Positions 40,521 through 53,679 of a DNA stretch of 64,000 nt are shown one piece after another. The translations under genes and the position numbers were made by a program. The notes beneath the pieces are model-generated. The model was not told where the DNA came from and searched no databases. It saw only the letters and a program-made list of their open reading frames with translations. Every line of letters starts with the position of its first letter. Within the stretch, counting starts at the first letter, position 1. Source of the DNA: Gnetum montanum (lineage: Eukaryota > Plantae > Gnetophyta); assembly GCA_015680685.1 (NCBI GenBank), contig MNCI01000808.1, forward strand, positions 767,229 to 831,228. The letters run 5' to 3'.

Positions 40521-43464
40521 GCCTATCCGCCAAACAAACAAACAAAAAAATTAATGTTTGGGTTTTATTAAAATCCAATTGTTATTGGTGAATGAAAGAT
40601 AGCATACAAATAGAAAAAAGGAAAAAGATCATTGGAGTTTAGTTGCTTTCTGTATAAAATGGATTTATATTAACATGTTAATGAGCAAGCAGGGTGTCTA
40701 CTTTCATAACAAGTTGAACTTGGTTTCTATGTTGACTTCTCATTTTCATGAGTAAATGTCTTTTAAAGGAGAAGGACAATAATATTATAGTTACTCATTC
40801 TTACCAAATGGTTAAGTGATAGACAATAGAGGTACCCATAATCATTCACCTTTATTTGAAAGTTTAAAAGATGAATATATCTTTTGGAAGTTGAAATATT
40901 GTGAATTTAGAAGATACTCTAGAACCTACCAATTGCAGAGAGTGAATAATATGAGCAATAAAATAAAATATTTGAAGAGTCATGAAAACATGGAATGTTG
41001 CTAAATTTTCAGATTTCCATTATCTACACATAGTCTTTTTTTTCAAAATGGTATACACTGTCCACTACATAAGCTTTGGAAATTTGACAACAAGGAAGTG
41101 TATAGTTTAACAAAAGCCTTTCCAAATTTACAAATACTTGTGAAAAATCATGAGAGCATCATCCAATATTTTGAAATAAATAACAAAAAGTCATGCTATT
41201 ACCAATAGAAATTGCATCCTGGAGGAAAAGTAAGATGGGTATTTATGGAATAGTAAAAACCTATGTCACCAAATCATTTCAAATGAACAAAATTGAGATG
41301 TAGAAAATAAAAAACATAAGAAATATTTCTTATTCTACAAAATCAGTTGCACCCATCAGAAATAGAAGAAATTAATAAATAATATTTAAGCATTAATCAA
41401 AATTTAAAGGCCTAGACTCAAGTGTATGACACCATGAATTCATAAATGAGCCACAATGCTCGGATCATATTTGTTCTAAGGCTTAAAATGGTGTTAGGGT
41501 TGGTAGATATGACATCAAAACCCCTACAATAGAGAGGAAGCTAGAAACAATCCATCAATCTAGATTGAAATAATAAAGAAACACATGCCTCTCTTGATTG
41601 GATCAGGCTAGAACCGAACAATGATTTCTATGGCTTAGGTAGAGCCATTATTAATAAAAATTATGGTAGAAATGCAATAATGAAGGTGATGGCAGTGCAG
41701 CTACAAGACTCCATTGATGAAGAGTTAGAGAGCATTCATTTTTAATTAAAATAAATGGCATGAGAGTTGAAGTAGCAAATAGCAAATGGTAGAGTTTCCT
41801 CCAAATGTGGGAAGAGGGAGATGTAGTGCATGGTATCAAGTCCATGGGAGATGAACATACCTTGCAATACTTACATGTGTTTGTATAAAAGTGTTCATGA
41901 ATCTCATGATAAGGCTACAAGGTGTTAATAATATTTTTTTAAAAATATATATATTATAGTCTTTAAATTTGGGTAGGGCTTATGGATTAGGTAAGAAATA
42001 AATATTTATGAACATATGAGAAATTTAACTTTATTTATAAAAAATTATATAGGAAACTATAATTAATTCCCCTTGATATTTGTAGTCTCTTATGAGATAC
42101 TTGCCAACTTTGCCATATATTTCTCTAATTCTTGTAACTTCCTATGGTGTTCTCCATGTTATTTGTTACTAAGAAAACACTTGGTAACCATAGATTAAAT
42201 TTCTATTAACTTTCTATTAAAGTTATAACTTATAGGATGGTTATAAATTAATATTCTTAGATAATTGTAATACCCATAACTTTTCATGATAATTGTAACT
42301 TCCCTAAGGTCACTATGAAAGTGCCTTCAAATGGAAGGAATAGTAGGAGGGGGAATTGGGAGGAGAAACTTGGAAACAAATTTGAAGGTTGAAAAAGCAT
42401 GGCTTACTATAGAGATTAATTCAACTTTTTTGTTTTAATCTTCTAAGTTCATTTCTTCCCATTTTTTTAGTTACTTAGCTAATGGTTTAGATAGTATCAT
42501 GATTGGCATTTAATTTTGGGATTTTTTCTAAGATGCTTTTATAGCTATGTTGTTGAAAAATATTAGACTCCTATTAAAATTTACCATAGAAGAGATTATG
42601 TTGTTGAAATGCCTCAAGGGAAATTTAATAGTAATGTGTTAATGAAATTGAATGTTTTGAGCATAAAGCATCTAGTAAAATCTTTGGTATTCTGAGAAAA
42701 CTGAAATAGCTTCATTTTTTTTAAAGTATATTACCTTAGTATTTCTATCATAAACTTGTCAAATTTTTTAAGGCTCTATTGAATGCAATCTTTGACAATT
42801 ATTAACTAGGAAAAAATAGAGACTTGTACTTTGTTGTTTACACAACATTATTGGTAGTATGATAATATTGTCTTTATGAAATTGCTTGTTGAGTTTAGAG
42901 GGTTTGAATAATTTGTAGTTAGATTAAATTGGAATAGCATTATTATGAAGTATTTTCTCATGTCATTTTATCTTTCTTAAATATTTGAGCTTATAGATAA
43001 ATCTGCATTTTTTTCTTTTCTCTTTCTAAGTCCATTGAATCCTACACTATTTCTATTTTTTTTGTGGAACTTTCTCTGTTGGGAAATTAGGACTAGATTA
43101 GCAAAATTGTGCTGAAACATTTTTTGCAAAATTTTCTTTGTTACATGTAATGTACTATAGGAGCTATATAGACCAAGTGATTGGCGAAAATAGGAATCTT
43201 CAACAACTCATAGTATTTGACAAAGAAAGCTGAATTTCTTTAATGATAGCCAATTATAGTTTCATATATAACCCAACCATTTCAAAATTTGCAATAGCAA
43301 ACACATACTCAAATAACCATTGAGTCTATTTGGAGGTATCAAGACCTTGATGTTACTAAATACCAACAAGCACCTAAATCGTATTTGAAGAATAATTTGA
43401 ATCCCATGACTCCCAAGGTCATGAGACTAGAGGCCATCCAATGTTGGTAGTCCCAAATGATCAT

Positions 43465-43596
43465 CAATAGTTCTTTTGGTATTAGAAGGAGGTCAGAAAT
43501 TCTATCATCTAAATTCATAATCCTGATATTCCTAGTGTGCCAATAGTTCTTTTGGCACAAGAAGGAGGGCAAGAAAATTTATCATCTACATTCATA
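43465..43596 (+). promoter_or_regulatory. Tandemly duplicated LTR-end plus PBS of element D
   Basis: CAATAGTTCTTTTGGTATTAGAAGGAGG at 43465 and CAATAGTTCTTTTGGCACAAGAAGGAGGG at 43541, each followed by a similar ~25 bp. Confidence 0.8.
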
Positions 43597-43910
43597 TTTT
43601 ATTGGTTTATTCATAGAGATTTATAGTCTTAGCACATCAAGAGTCCTTTGTTGCTAGTAGGGCTTAAGAAATTAGATGCTCTTTGGATTCATGATCAAAT
43701 AGACTAATAGTTTAGAAGATTTCAAAGGTTACAAAGAAATTCCTTATTATAAAACTGATTATTTATCAGAATAAGGTTTTTGAGTTTGGAACAAGTAGTG
43801 AAGTAAGGACTAGAAGGATAAGAAGTTCACCTCTTCTATTTGGTTTCTTAGTTTATAAGATAAGGTTAAAAAGATATAAGAGATCAAAGATCAAAAGGAA
43901 CTCTAGTAAG

Positions 43911-46900
43911 ATGGTGAATCCACAACTAGTTAATCCTTTGCAAAGAGTTACACCATTAGGATTTCAAAACTACAATGAAACTCCTATGGAAATTTATAAA
44001 TATTTGTCTAAGCCTTTTATCCTTGGAAATGCTTACTGAGCTAAAGAACACATTCACTTATTTGAGTTAGTTTTAGCTCGAGCAAATATTCAATATGAAG
44101 ATCAAACCTATAGGTTGTTTATGGTAAATTTAAAGGATATAGCTCAAATTTGATATTCAAACATACCAAGAAATAGTATTACAAGTTGGAATGATATGAA
44201 AAATCTTTTCTTGGCCTAGTTTGACAATCAATTGGATTAACAAAAACTATACCATGAGCTAGTACAAGCTAAGCAAGGAGTTAAAGAATTAGTTGGATAT
44301 TTCAACATTAAATTTCAAAGAATTTGTGGGCTCTTTTAAAGATAGTATAGACCATTAGATGAAATGATTAGAGATACTTATCTTAAGGCTTTAAATCCTA
44401 ATACTTCAATTTGGTTGAGGATAACTTCAAGCTTGCTAACATTGAATGGCTACTTTAGTGAAGCTATATAATTCGAAAAATAATTAAACTTGAATCATGA
44501 AGAGATTCTCACAACTCAGAAAGAAGAAGAGAAAATGATGATTCCTATGCAAGAGTTTGCTCAACTTAAAGCATTATAGGGGCCATCTCATGTAAATACA
44601 TAGTAAGATTCTAAGAGAAAAGAATATGAAAGGGGATAGTTAATGAGAGACTTGTTCAACAAAGTGGTGAAACTAGAAAAAGCTTTGCCAAAGGTTAAGA
44701 TTAAGGAAGAAAAGAAAAATAGAAAATATAAGTATCAAGATACTAAGTTAGTAGAAGATGAGGATGAAAATGATCTCTTTGTGTCTAGCTTCCTTGATAT
44801 TAAATTAACTAATTAGCTATTTAGTGTTCATTAAGCAAGTAAATATTCTAATAATGGATCTAGTGATACCTCTTCCCTATCAAGATCTAAAGAGGATATA
44901 TTATTAGATAAAGAGTGTAATAAAAATGAAGAAAATGGGTATAATCTATGATCAGAAGAAAAATCTACTACTTCCAAGACTCCAAATATCATTTCTACTT
45001 CATCTAATAAGAGGATGGTTTTTGAACTAGGTAGAAGAGAGAAAAATAAGAGTAAAATAGATCAAGGCGAGTAAAGTACTCAAAATCAATCTTTTAATAA
45101 ATGGATGAAGAAACTAGATTTTTATGGAGATGGAGAATATGATTTTATTGAAGATATTAAACATGTCAAGGCCAATATTAGCATATATTAATTGTTATAG
45201 ATGGGAGATCAAGAAAGAAAATATTTAGAGCTTATTAAAGGTTAAAGGAGAGTTGGAGAGTTAGAGTTAAGCTATGTATCTAACATTGATAAGATGAAAA
45301 AAACTAGCTATGATTGTACTCTTGATACGGAAGCTCCTCATTTTCTTTTGATAATGAAATTGGAAGACAAATATCCTCCCAATTGTTTAGTTGATTTTGG
45401 AGCTACATGTACTATCATGCCATTGACTATATGTAGAAAACTTTTCTTGACTCTTGAAAAATCTAATAAAAAGATTGTTCAAGTGGACAAAAGTAGAGTG
45501 AAGATTGTAGGTTAGCTACCCAATGTTTTATTAGAAATCATTTCTAAACCCTATATAAAAAGTAGAGCGATGATTCAAGTAGTCAATAGATCATATTCAC
45601 ATTATCTTTTGTTGAGTAGAAGTTGAAGTAAGAATTTCTCTAGTTACATATCAACAAATTATTCACATATGTGACTACCATGGAAAGGGAAGCCAAATCA
45701 AATATACCCATATAGTGAACCTTTGATGAATGAAAAGATTACTTCAAATGGGAAGAACAATGTTGTTGAAAAAAGAGCTTTTGAAACCAAAAGGTATACA
45801 CTTTAAGAAGTTAAATAACTTGGAGAAAGAAGAATCTTAAGATGAGAGTAAATGGGAACTATACTTTGATGGTTCTTGTAATTCCAAAGATGTAGGAGCC
45901 AAAGTAGTTCTAGTAAGGGATGATTCCCCAAAAATATTCAAGGTAATTCATCTATCTTTCCTTTGTACTCCTAAAAAATTTGAATATGAAGCTTGAGGAG
46001 TTGAAATTAAATTAGCATTAGAGAAAGGAATCAAGGTAATTACCATAAAAAAAGACTCAAGATTGGTTTGTGAATATATTAAAGGTAATTGTATAGTAAA
46101 AAGCTCATTCTTGTGACCCTATAAACATCTAGTCTACAAAATGTTGGCTTAATTTCATCACTACCAAATAAAACATATAGGTAGAAAGGATAATTATATA
46201 GTAAATGACTTAGTGAAGATAACTTCATCATTAGATGTGAAAGGAATAGAAAGTTATGAAGGGGTAATAATTGAGAAAGAACATTAGCTATCAATACCAA
46301 ATAAAATAAAGCATTTACAAGTATTTGAAGATGATGATCAATTGCTTAGATTCTTGAGAAATAAACAAGAATTCAAAAGTCAAATCATACATGAAACAAC
46401 ATCAAGGTTTAAGAAAAATTTTATTCCCAAAAAGATGATTGATTATGAACATGAGTTTAGCAAAAAATTTACTTACAGGGAAAACTATGCAAAATTCAGA
46501 TGATCAAACTTATGAAGTAGTGAATCTTGGATCTATTGATATACCAAATATGTTAAATGTCACAAAAGGAAAGGATTTATAATTCAAGAAAAATTTATTA
46601 TTGCTTCTAAAAAATAATTTGAAAAATTTTTCTTGATGTTATGAAGATCTTAAAAATTTTAGATCAGATGTGATGACACAAAAAATTCCTTTGGTAAATA
46701 GTTGTAAGAAAGTTAAACAAAAATAAAGGAAATTCAATCCATCATTTGAGCTATCTATTGAAGCTAAGATCAAGAAGTTGTTGTAAACCAAAATTATATA
46801 TCCAATCCGATATTGAACATGGCTTGCTAACCTCGTTCCAGTAAGGAAGAAGAATGGTGACATTAGGCTTTGTGTAGATTTCAGAAATTTGAATGAAGCC

Positions 46901-49203
46901 TCTGGAAAAGATAAATACCTACTTCTTAGAATCGATGAGATGTTGATCAAAGTATCAAGTATAATCAAATGGTTTTCTAGGCTATAATCAGATCATGGTA
47001 GATAAGGGTGATATATATAAAACAACATTTATCACCAAGTAGGGAACTTTCACTTATCAATGAATGCCATTTGGATTGTCAAATGTTGGAGCTACTTTTC
47101 AAAGAGAAATAGATTTAGCCTTTAAAGGTTTAATAGGTGAGTTCGTTGTGGTTTATTTGGATAATATCACTATCTTATAAAAAATAAAGGAAGATCATAT
47201 TATTCATCTTCAATAAGTTTTTGACAGATGTCATGAGTATGGTATTTCATTAAATCCTAAGAAATGTATCTTTGGGGTTAAATCTATAAGTTTACTAGGC
47301 CATGTAATCTTTCAATAAGGAATTGTTATAGATAACTCTTGAATTCAAGTAGTATAGAATATCGAGCATCTTACAAGTAAAAAGTTAGTTAGATCTTTCT
47401 TTGGAAAGATAAATTTCATTAAGAAATTTATCCTTGGATTCACTAAAATTACTAGACCGTTAATGCATATGCTAAAGAAAGATGGTCTAGTAGAGAAAAT
47501 ACCAAAATCAAAGAGAGCCTTAGTAGGAATTTAAAAATCTATTAAAGAAGCTCCATACCGAGTAAAACAAAAATTTAAAGAAAACTTCTAGTTATATGCT
47601 TTTGCTTCAAATGATTTAGTTGTAGCTATTTTAACTCAAAAGGATGAAGGTCAAGATGAACCAATTGGATTTTTTGGGTATCAACTGAAAGGTTCAAAGC
47701 TAAATTACTCAGACTTGAAGAAACAAACATTTGCAAGCATTGAGGCACTTTAGCATTTCAAATATTACTTGGAAATCTCATTAGTTTATATTATGCTAAT
47801 AGGCCTATGGTCAAACAATTCTTAGCTTAGAATGAAACTGGATTGAAGAAAGGGAAATAGCTCATAAAACTTCATGGTTTCAAGTTTTCATTGGAAACAT
47901 ACAAAACCATTAAAGGAATGGGATTAGCCCTGTTAATAGCTAGAGAAGATGAAGTATGTGTGCTTAAGACTCATTAAGGAAACTAGTATGATGAAATTCA
48001 AGAATTCCTTGATACACAAAAAGTTATAAATAGCTTAGCTATAAGTGAGAAGACAACTTTCTTCAAAATGTAAATAAATTTGTGATTAAAGATGGATTAT
48101 TATATAGAAATAATTTCAAAGGGATTTTGTTAGAATGCATTCACAAGGATCAAATAAGCCTTATTCTAGAAGAATTCCATTATGATGCTAATTTGTTTTA
48201 TGGATCTCCTAAGTCTACCATGCAACATATACTTTGGTATGATTTTTATTGGCCTAACTTGTATCAAGATAGTAGTTTGAAAATTCAAAGGTGTTACAAA
48301 TATTAAATTCATGGATCAAAAATCAAAAGGGCTAAAGCTTCTTCAAAAATGGTAATTGTGGATAGGATATTTTAGTGATGGAGCTTAGATTTTATTGGAA
48401 CAATTACTCCTTCAAGAGCAAGACATAAGTTTATTCTCATAACTACAGATTACTTTACTAAATGGCCTAAAGAAAAGGTTCTAAGGAAAATTGTAGCATC
48501 AGATGTGATTCAATTCTTGGAAGATTAGATTCTAAGTCATTTTGGTCTACCTAAAGTGTTGGTATCTGATAATGGACCTAATTTTCAATATGAAGAATTT
48601 ATAACATGGGCATCAGAAAAGTCTATCTTTCTATTTTCTTCTTCAAATTATTATCCTCAAAGGAATGGCTTATTTGAACTTATAAATAAAAAGCTTATTT
48701 TCTACATTAAAATGTTAATGGATGGGAGTCTATAAAATTAGATCAATTACTTGTAATCTACATTATGAACCGACCATATTAGATTTAAGAAGGCTATTGA
48801 ACCATCAACTTATAACTTAATCTATCAGTTTCCCACTAGAATTATGAACAAGATTATAAGTTTGGTGTAAAATTTTGTGCAAAAATATGGTGAAAAAATT
48901 GATAAAGATAGAAGTTTCATGACCTTGCTTATATAAAGAGAAACTGAAATGGAGAGAGCTGAGGATAATTTGTTAAAGAATGCTTGTTAAGTTAAAAGAT
49001 GGTTTGATAGAAAGGCTTTGAAAAGAAATTTTAAATTCAGTGATCTTGTATTATTATGGAATATGAAAAAGCCAAATAAGTTTTTAGCAATATGAACTAG
49101 TCCATTTAAGATCAAGAAAAAATTATGGGAGTTATCAACATTAAGTGGGATAGAGTTGTAGCATTCGTATAATGCTTTACATATGAAACATTATTTTGGA
49201 TAA
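43911..49203 (+). pseudogene. pol: gag-pol remnant of element D (gag ~43911-44700, PR ~45330-45640, aRH ~45853-46260, RT ~46700-47500, RH ~47585-47950, INT ~48082-49203)
   Basis: CLVDFGATCTIMP (PR); WELYFDGSC..VGA...FLCT..EYEA (archaeal-type RNase H); WLANLVPVRKKNGDIRLCVDFRNLN, MPFGLSNVGATFQR, VYLDN (RT); W.LDFIG..TDYFTKW..SDNGPNF..YYPQ.NG (INT). Confidence 0.92.
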
Positions 49204-49714
49204 CTACCCATAACTTAAACCTATATTTATATACATATATACATATATATTCATATATGTATATAATATAGTAATATATATATCTAGAATTAAATAATAT
49301 TTAACCATAACATATATATCCTATACATAAGTCTATATAATATTATAAAAATATGTATATGTTATAGTGCTAATTTTAAAATATGTAATTTAAAGTGTTA
49401 GCTTAATTATTAAATTTATATTATCCAAAGTAATCATTAGTTTTGATGATTGTAAGTGGGAGTGATGGTTAGATAACTACATAGTGGTGAATTAATTACA
49501 ATAACCAAAAAGTGAAATTTAAATTAGCCAACCATATGATGATGGGAATTACATAAGTGTTGGATAAGTGGCAAATTTGGTTAGTAGAATTGATGGGAAT
49601 TTCAAATTTACCTTACACTATATAAAGAGATGTGAATTTCTTGGAAATACATCATTTCTCAATTCAATTTTTAAGTGAAAAAGAATATAAAGTGTTTAAT
49701 AATGAGGTAGAAAG

Positions 49715-50227
49715 ATGATTCTTGAAGAGATGGCAACAAGAAAGCCTTTTATCCCATATGTTATGGGATGCTACCTAGAGCATGTCTTAAGAGCCTATTG
49801 TAAAGTAACCACCCATGGAGCATCTATTGAAATCCCTTTCTTACTTTGTCTTTCATATGAGTTTAGATTTTTCACTTGTGGACTTTCAATACATTATAAT
49901 GTTTGGGGTAGCTTTAATGAATGCACCATTCAAGCTAAATACCAAGGAAAGTTCAATAAATATGATTGTTAGGGAGAGGCTTTCATGTCTCAATACACAA
50001 AAGTAACTAGTTGGAAAGAATGTCAAAAATCAGCAATCAAAGAGTTTGATGCAAAAGAAACAAACATAGTTGTTGAAGATAAAGGTGAATACCAAGTTGA
50101 GGCTTCAACTAGGCAAGAAGAGAAAATAAGAGAATTCATCAATATTGAAATTACATATGAAAGGGTTCATGATATGAGATTCCCTAAAAGAGTTACTTTA
50201 ACTATTGTTTTCCCATCTATAGAATAG
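49715..50227 (+). pseudogene. Extra ~170-codon ORF between pol and PPT of element D, one internal TAG; unknown product
   Basis: ORF-track segments 49715-49972 and 49985-50227 are in one frame. CTATATAAAG TATA-like box at ~49618-49627. Confidence 0.5.
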
Positions 50228-53208
50228 TTACATGATATTGTGTTTGTATAGTTTCCTAACTTTTGTTAGGAATGAGGTTTTTAATTCATCAAACCTTAAG
50301 TTTGATGAAAGTTTTCCTCAAAAGATATTTTTGTTTCTATGTAAAATGAAAATTTTTAAATAAAGTCTACATTTCTTAGGTAAGATGCAAAAATGGGGGC
50401 TATGAAATTTTGACACATTTAAGCCATCTTATGAAGCAAAGTTTATGAATTAATTTTTGGGTTTTACAAAATCCAAATGTTATTGGTGAATGAAAGATAG
50501 AATACAAGTATAAAAGAGGCAAAATTTCATTGGAGTTTAGTTACTTTCTTTGTAAAATGGAATTATATTAACATGTTAATGAACAAGTAGGGTGTCTACT
50601 TTCATAACATGTTGAACTTGGTTTCTATGTTTACTTCTCATTGTCATGAGTAAAAGTATTTGTAAGAAGGACAATAATACTATAGTTTCTCATTCTAATC
50701 AAATGGCTAAGTGATAGACAATAGAAGTACCTGTAACCATCCACCTTTATTTGAAATTTTAAAAGATGAATATATCCTTTGAGAGTTGAAATATTGTGAA
50801 TTTAGAAGATGCTCTAGAACTTGCTAGTTGCGAGTGAATAATATGAGCAATAAAAGAAAAATTTTATGAAGTTATGAAAACATGGAATGCTATTGAACCT
50901 TCCAGATTGTAATTATTTGCACATAGTTTTATTTTTATTTTTCAAAAACTTATATGCTGTCCACTACTTAAGCATTGGAAATTTTAAGACAAGGAAGTGT
51001 TGAGTTTAATAAAAGCTTTTCCAAATTTACAAATACTTGTTCAAAATCATAAGAGCATCATCTGAGATTTTGAAATAAACAACAAAAACGCATGCTATCA
51101 CAAATAGAAATTGCATCCTGGATACAAAAGTAAGATGCATATTTTTGGAATAGTGAAAACCTACATCACCAAATCATTTCCAAAAAACAACATTGAGATG
51201 TATAAAATTAAAATCCTAAAAAATATTTCTTCTTTTGAAAAATCAATGACACCCATTAGAAGAAAAAGAAATTAGAAAAGAATATTTAAGCATCAATCAA
51301 AATTTAAAAGCCCAAACTTGGGTGTAGGGCATCATGAATTCGTAAATGAGCCACAGCACTAAGATATTATTTATTCTAAGGTATAAAATAGCATTATGGG
51401 GGGCAGAGATAACATCAAAAACCTTGCAATAGGGACAAATCTAGAAACATTCCATCAATCTAGGCTACAACAACAAGGAAATGCATGACCTCTCTTAACT
51501 ATATTAGGCTAGAACCCAAAAATGACATCTATAGCTTAGGAAAATCCATTATCAATAATAGTTATAGGAGTAGTGTGGTAATGAAGTTGATGACAACACA
51601 CCTGCTAGACTCCATCAATGAAGGGCTAGAGAGCATATTTGTTTGCTTGGAAGAAATGACATCAAAGTTGAAGTAGGGCACAAAAAATGGTAGAATTTCC
51701 TCCAAACTTGGGAAGAGGATGACACGATGCATGGTATCAAGGCCAGAAGAGATGAACATACATTACAATGTTTACACATTTTATATAAACATGTTGATGA
51801 ATGAAATGATAAGGCTACAAGGCCTTAATAATATTCTTTTAAAAAGATATATATTGTAGTACATTAAAGTTGAATAGGGCTTATGGATTAGAAAAGAAAG
51901 ATTTATGAATGTATTATAACTATAACTATATTTTTTAAAAATTCCATAGAAAATTATAATTAATTATTCTTGATATTTGTAGTCTCTTATGAGATACTTG
52001 CCAACTTTGGCATATATTTCTCTAAATTTTGTAACTTCCTATGGTAATCTCCATGATATTTATTACCAAGAAAACACTTGGCAACCATAACTTCAATTTG
52101 TAATAACTTCCTATGAAATTTATAACTTCTACGATGGTTATAAATTAATATTCCTAAATATTTGTAATACCCCAAACTTTTCATGATTATTGTAACTTTT
52201 CTAAGGTCACTATAAAAGGACCTTTGCCTTTAAAGGAAAGGTATTATAGAAGGAGGGGGAATTGGGCGGAGCAACTTAGAAGCAAATTTGAAGATTGTAA
52301 ATGCATGGCTTACTAAAGACATCAATTCATCTTCTTATTTTTTTAATCTTATGAGTTCATTTCTTTCCATTTTGTTTAGTTAATTAGCTAATGGTTTAGA
52401 TAGTATCGAGCTTGGCATTTAATTTTGGGATTTTTTCTAGGTTGCCTTTAAATCTATGTTTTTGTGCAATATTAGACTCCTATTAAGATTTACCATAGAA
52501 AGCTTATGTTGTTGAAAAGCCTCAAGAGAAATTTAATAGTAATGTCTTAATGAAATTTCCTATTTTAAGCATAAAGTATCTAGTAAAATCTTTGGTATTC
52601 AGGTCCCTTCGAGGGGCTTTCCCCGAGAACGCAGAGCCATCAGGTCCCTCGGACTTCCCTTCCGCGCCTCTGGGCTCACGCTGCTGCCTTGGTGGAGCGC
52701 TTTTTTGTCCAGTCGGGCAATGTTTCCAAGCTCCAAGGGCTGCATTTTACTTTCCTGTGGTGCTTGAAGGAGGGCACCCAGGTTAACCTTCCGTGTTTCT
52801 TCCTCGAGGTCCTCCGCCTTAAATGACGCAGTTGTCACTCGGGGTTAATTTTAGCTCTGTGGTAGGGGGCGGGGGGGCAGGGGGCGCCGGGCCAGTCCTC
52901 TGCCCCCACTGGGGGTCTCCTCGCTGATGCTCCCCCTGCTTCCCCCACTTCCCCCACCCCGCCCACTCAACGGCGTCGGGCCGCTTTCAACCTTACCTGG
53001 GGACGCCTCTCCTGCCGCAATCCTGCCCCCTCGCCTGCCCCCCAGTGCCCCCCCGAATTGGAAGGCGAAACTTCAATAGGTGGTCACTACTGCTCGAGAG
53101 GCCAAGCGACAGACTTCGGAGAGTAGGTGGACCGAGACCCTGGCCTAGTGGCGTGCCGCCCACGAAGCCTAGCTTCAGGAACAAGCACAACAGCTGAACT
53201 AGCAACAC

Positions 53209-53679
53209 ATGCTTACGATGGAGACCTTGCGGGCCCAGCTCACGGATGAGCTCCAGGACCGAATCAGGGAGGAGCTGTGTCAGGAGGAGGTGGCTCGTCT
53301 AACCCAGGAGGTGACGGCACAGGAAGAGCAGGAACACCTGCAAGAGGAAGAAGAGCAACGGCAACGGAAACTCAACCGGGCGCATCAGCACAATGCCCAC
53401 CAGTGGCTCAGGGGAGGGCACTGCCCGTATAGCATTTTGGGCATTAGCTGTGAGAGCTTCTGGGGGGAGCTCAGATGCCAAATCAGACTCACGTCCGCTA
53501 GATTCCACCCTGATGTGGGGGATTCCTCGGCGGATCGGAGCAGGCGCGAGGCTCTTATGCAGGGCTTCCAACAAGCCACTAACTTCATGGACATCGAGGA
53601 GCATCGCACCACCCTGGACATGCTTCATGAGCTAGAGCGGCCTCAGTGTGCCTGTCGCCACCTGCCGACTTTCCCCTAG
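53209..53679 (+). CDS. Coiled-coil plus J-domain (DnaJ/Hsp40-like, HPD motif) protein, 156 aa; probably the 3' part of a longer ORF
   Basis: aa 72-137 CPYSILGIS.....ELRCQIRLTSARFHPDVG......REALMQGFQQATNFMDIEEHRTTLD follow the J-domain pattern (PYxILGV..E(I/L)++..R..A...HPD..........A...L.....R..YD). HPD at 53506-53514. E/Q/R-rich N-terminal helix. Confidence 0.78.
   Translation: MLTMETLRAQLTDELQDRIREELCQEEVARLTQEVTAQEEQEHLQEEEEQRQRKLNRAHQHNAHQWLRGGHCPYSILGISCESFWGELRCQIRLTSARFHPDVGDSSADRSRREALMQGFQQATNFMDIEEHRTTLDMLHELERPQCACRHLPTFP

Larger units (their letters stand above)
39049..40550 (-). mobile_element. Non-autonomous Helitron-like element carrying captured gene fragments
   Basis: Absent from the sister LTR (empty site TTTATGAA|TTAAT). 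Inserted between A and T with no TSD. Minus-strand 3' end is CTAG, with a hairpin TATATATT-TAT-AATATATA (39059-39077) 10 nt from the end. The 5' end is TT rather than TC. Confidence 0.8.
39007..43469 (+). repeat. 5' LTR of element D (about 3 kb plus the Helitron-like insertion)
   Basis: Starts TGTTGACACATTTAAGCCATCTTATG and matches 50408 onward except for 39049-40550. Confidence 0.9.

Noticed and set aside
39049-40550. Plus-strand poly(A) retrocopy ending in (CAAA)n-A7
   Set aside because: There is no TSD, an intron is retained, the two gene fragments are in opposite orientations, and CTAG plus a hairpin at an A|T site fits a Helitron better.
52601-52800. tRNA-derived SINE head
   Set aside because: I could not find convincing Pol III A and B boxes or a cloverleaf, and the element carries a protein-coding frame.
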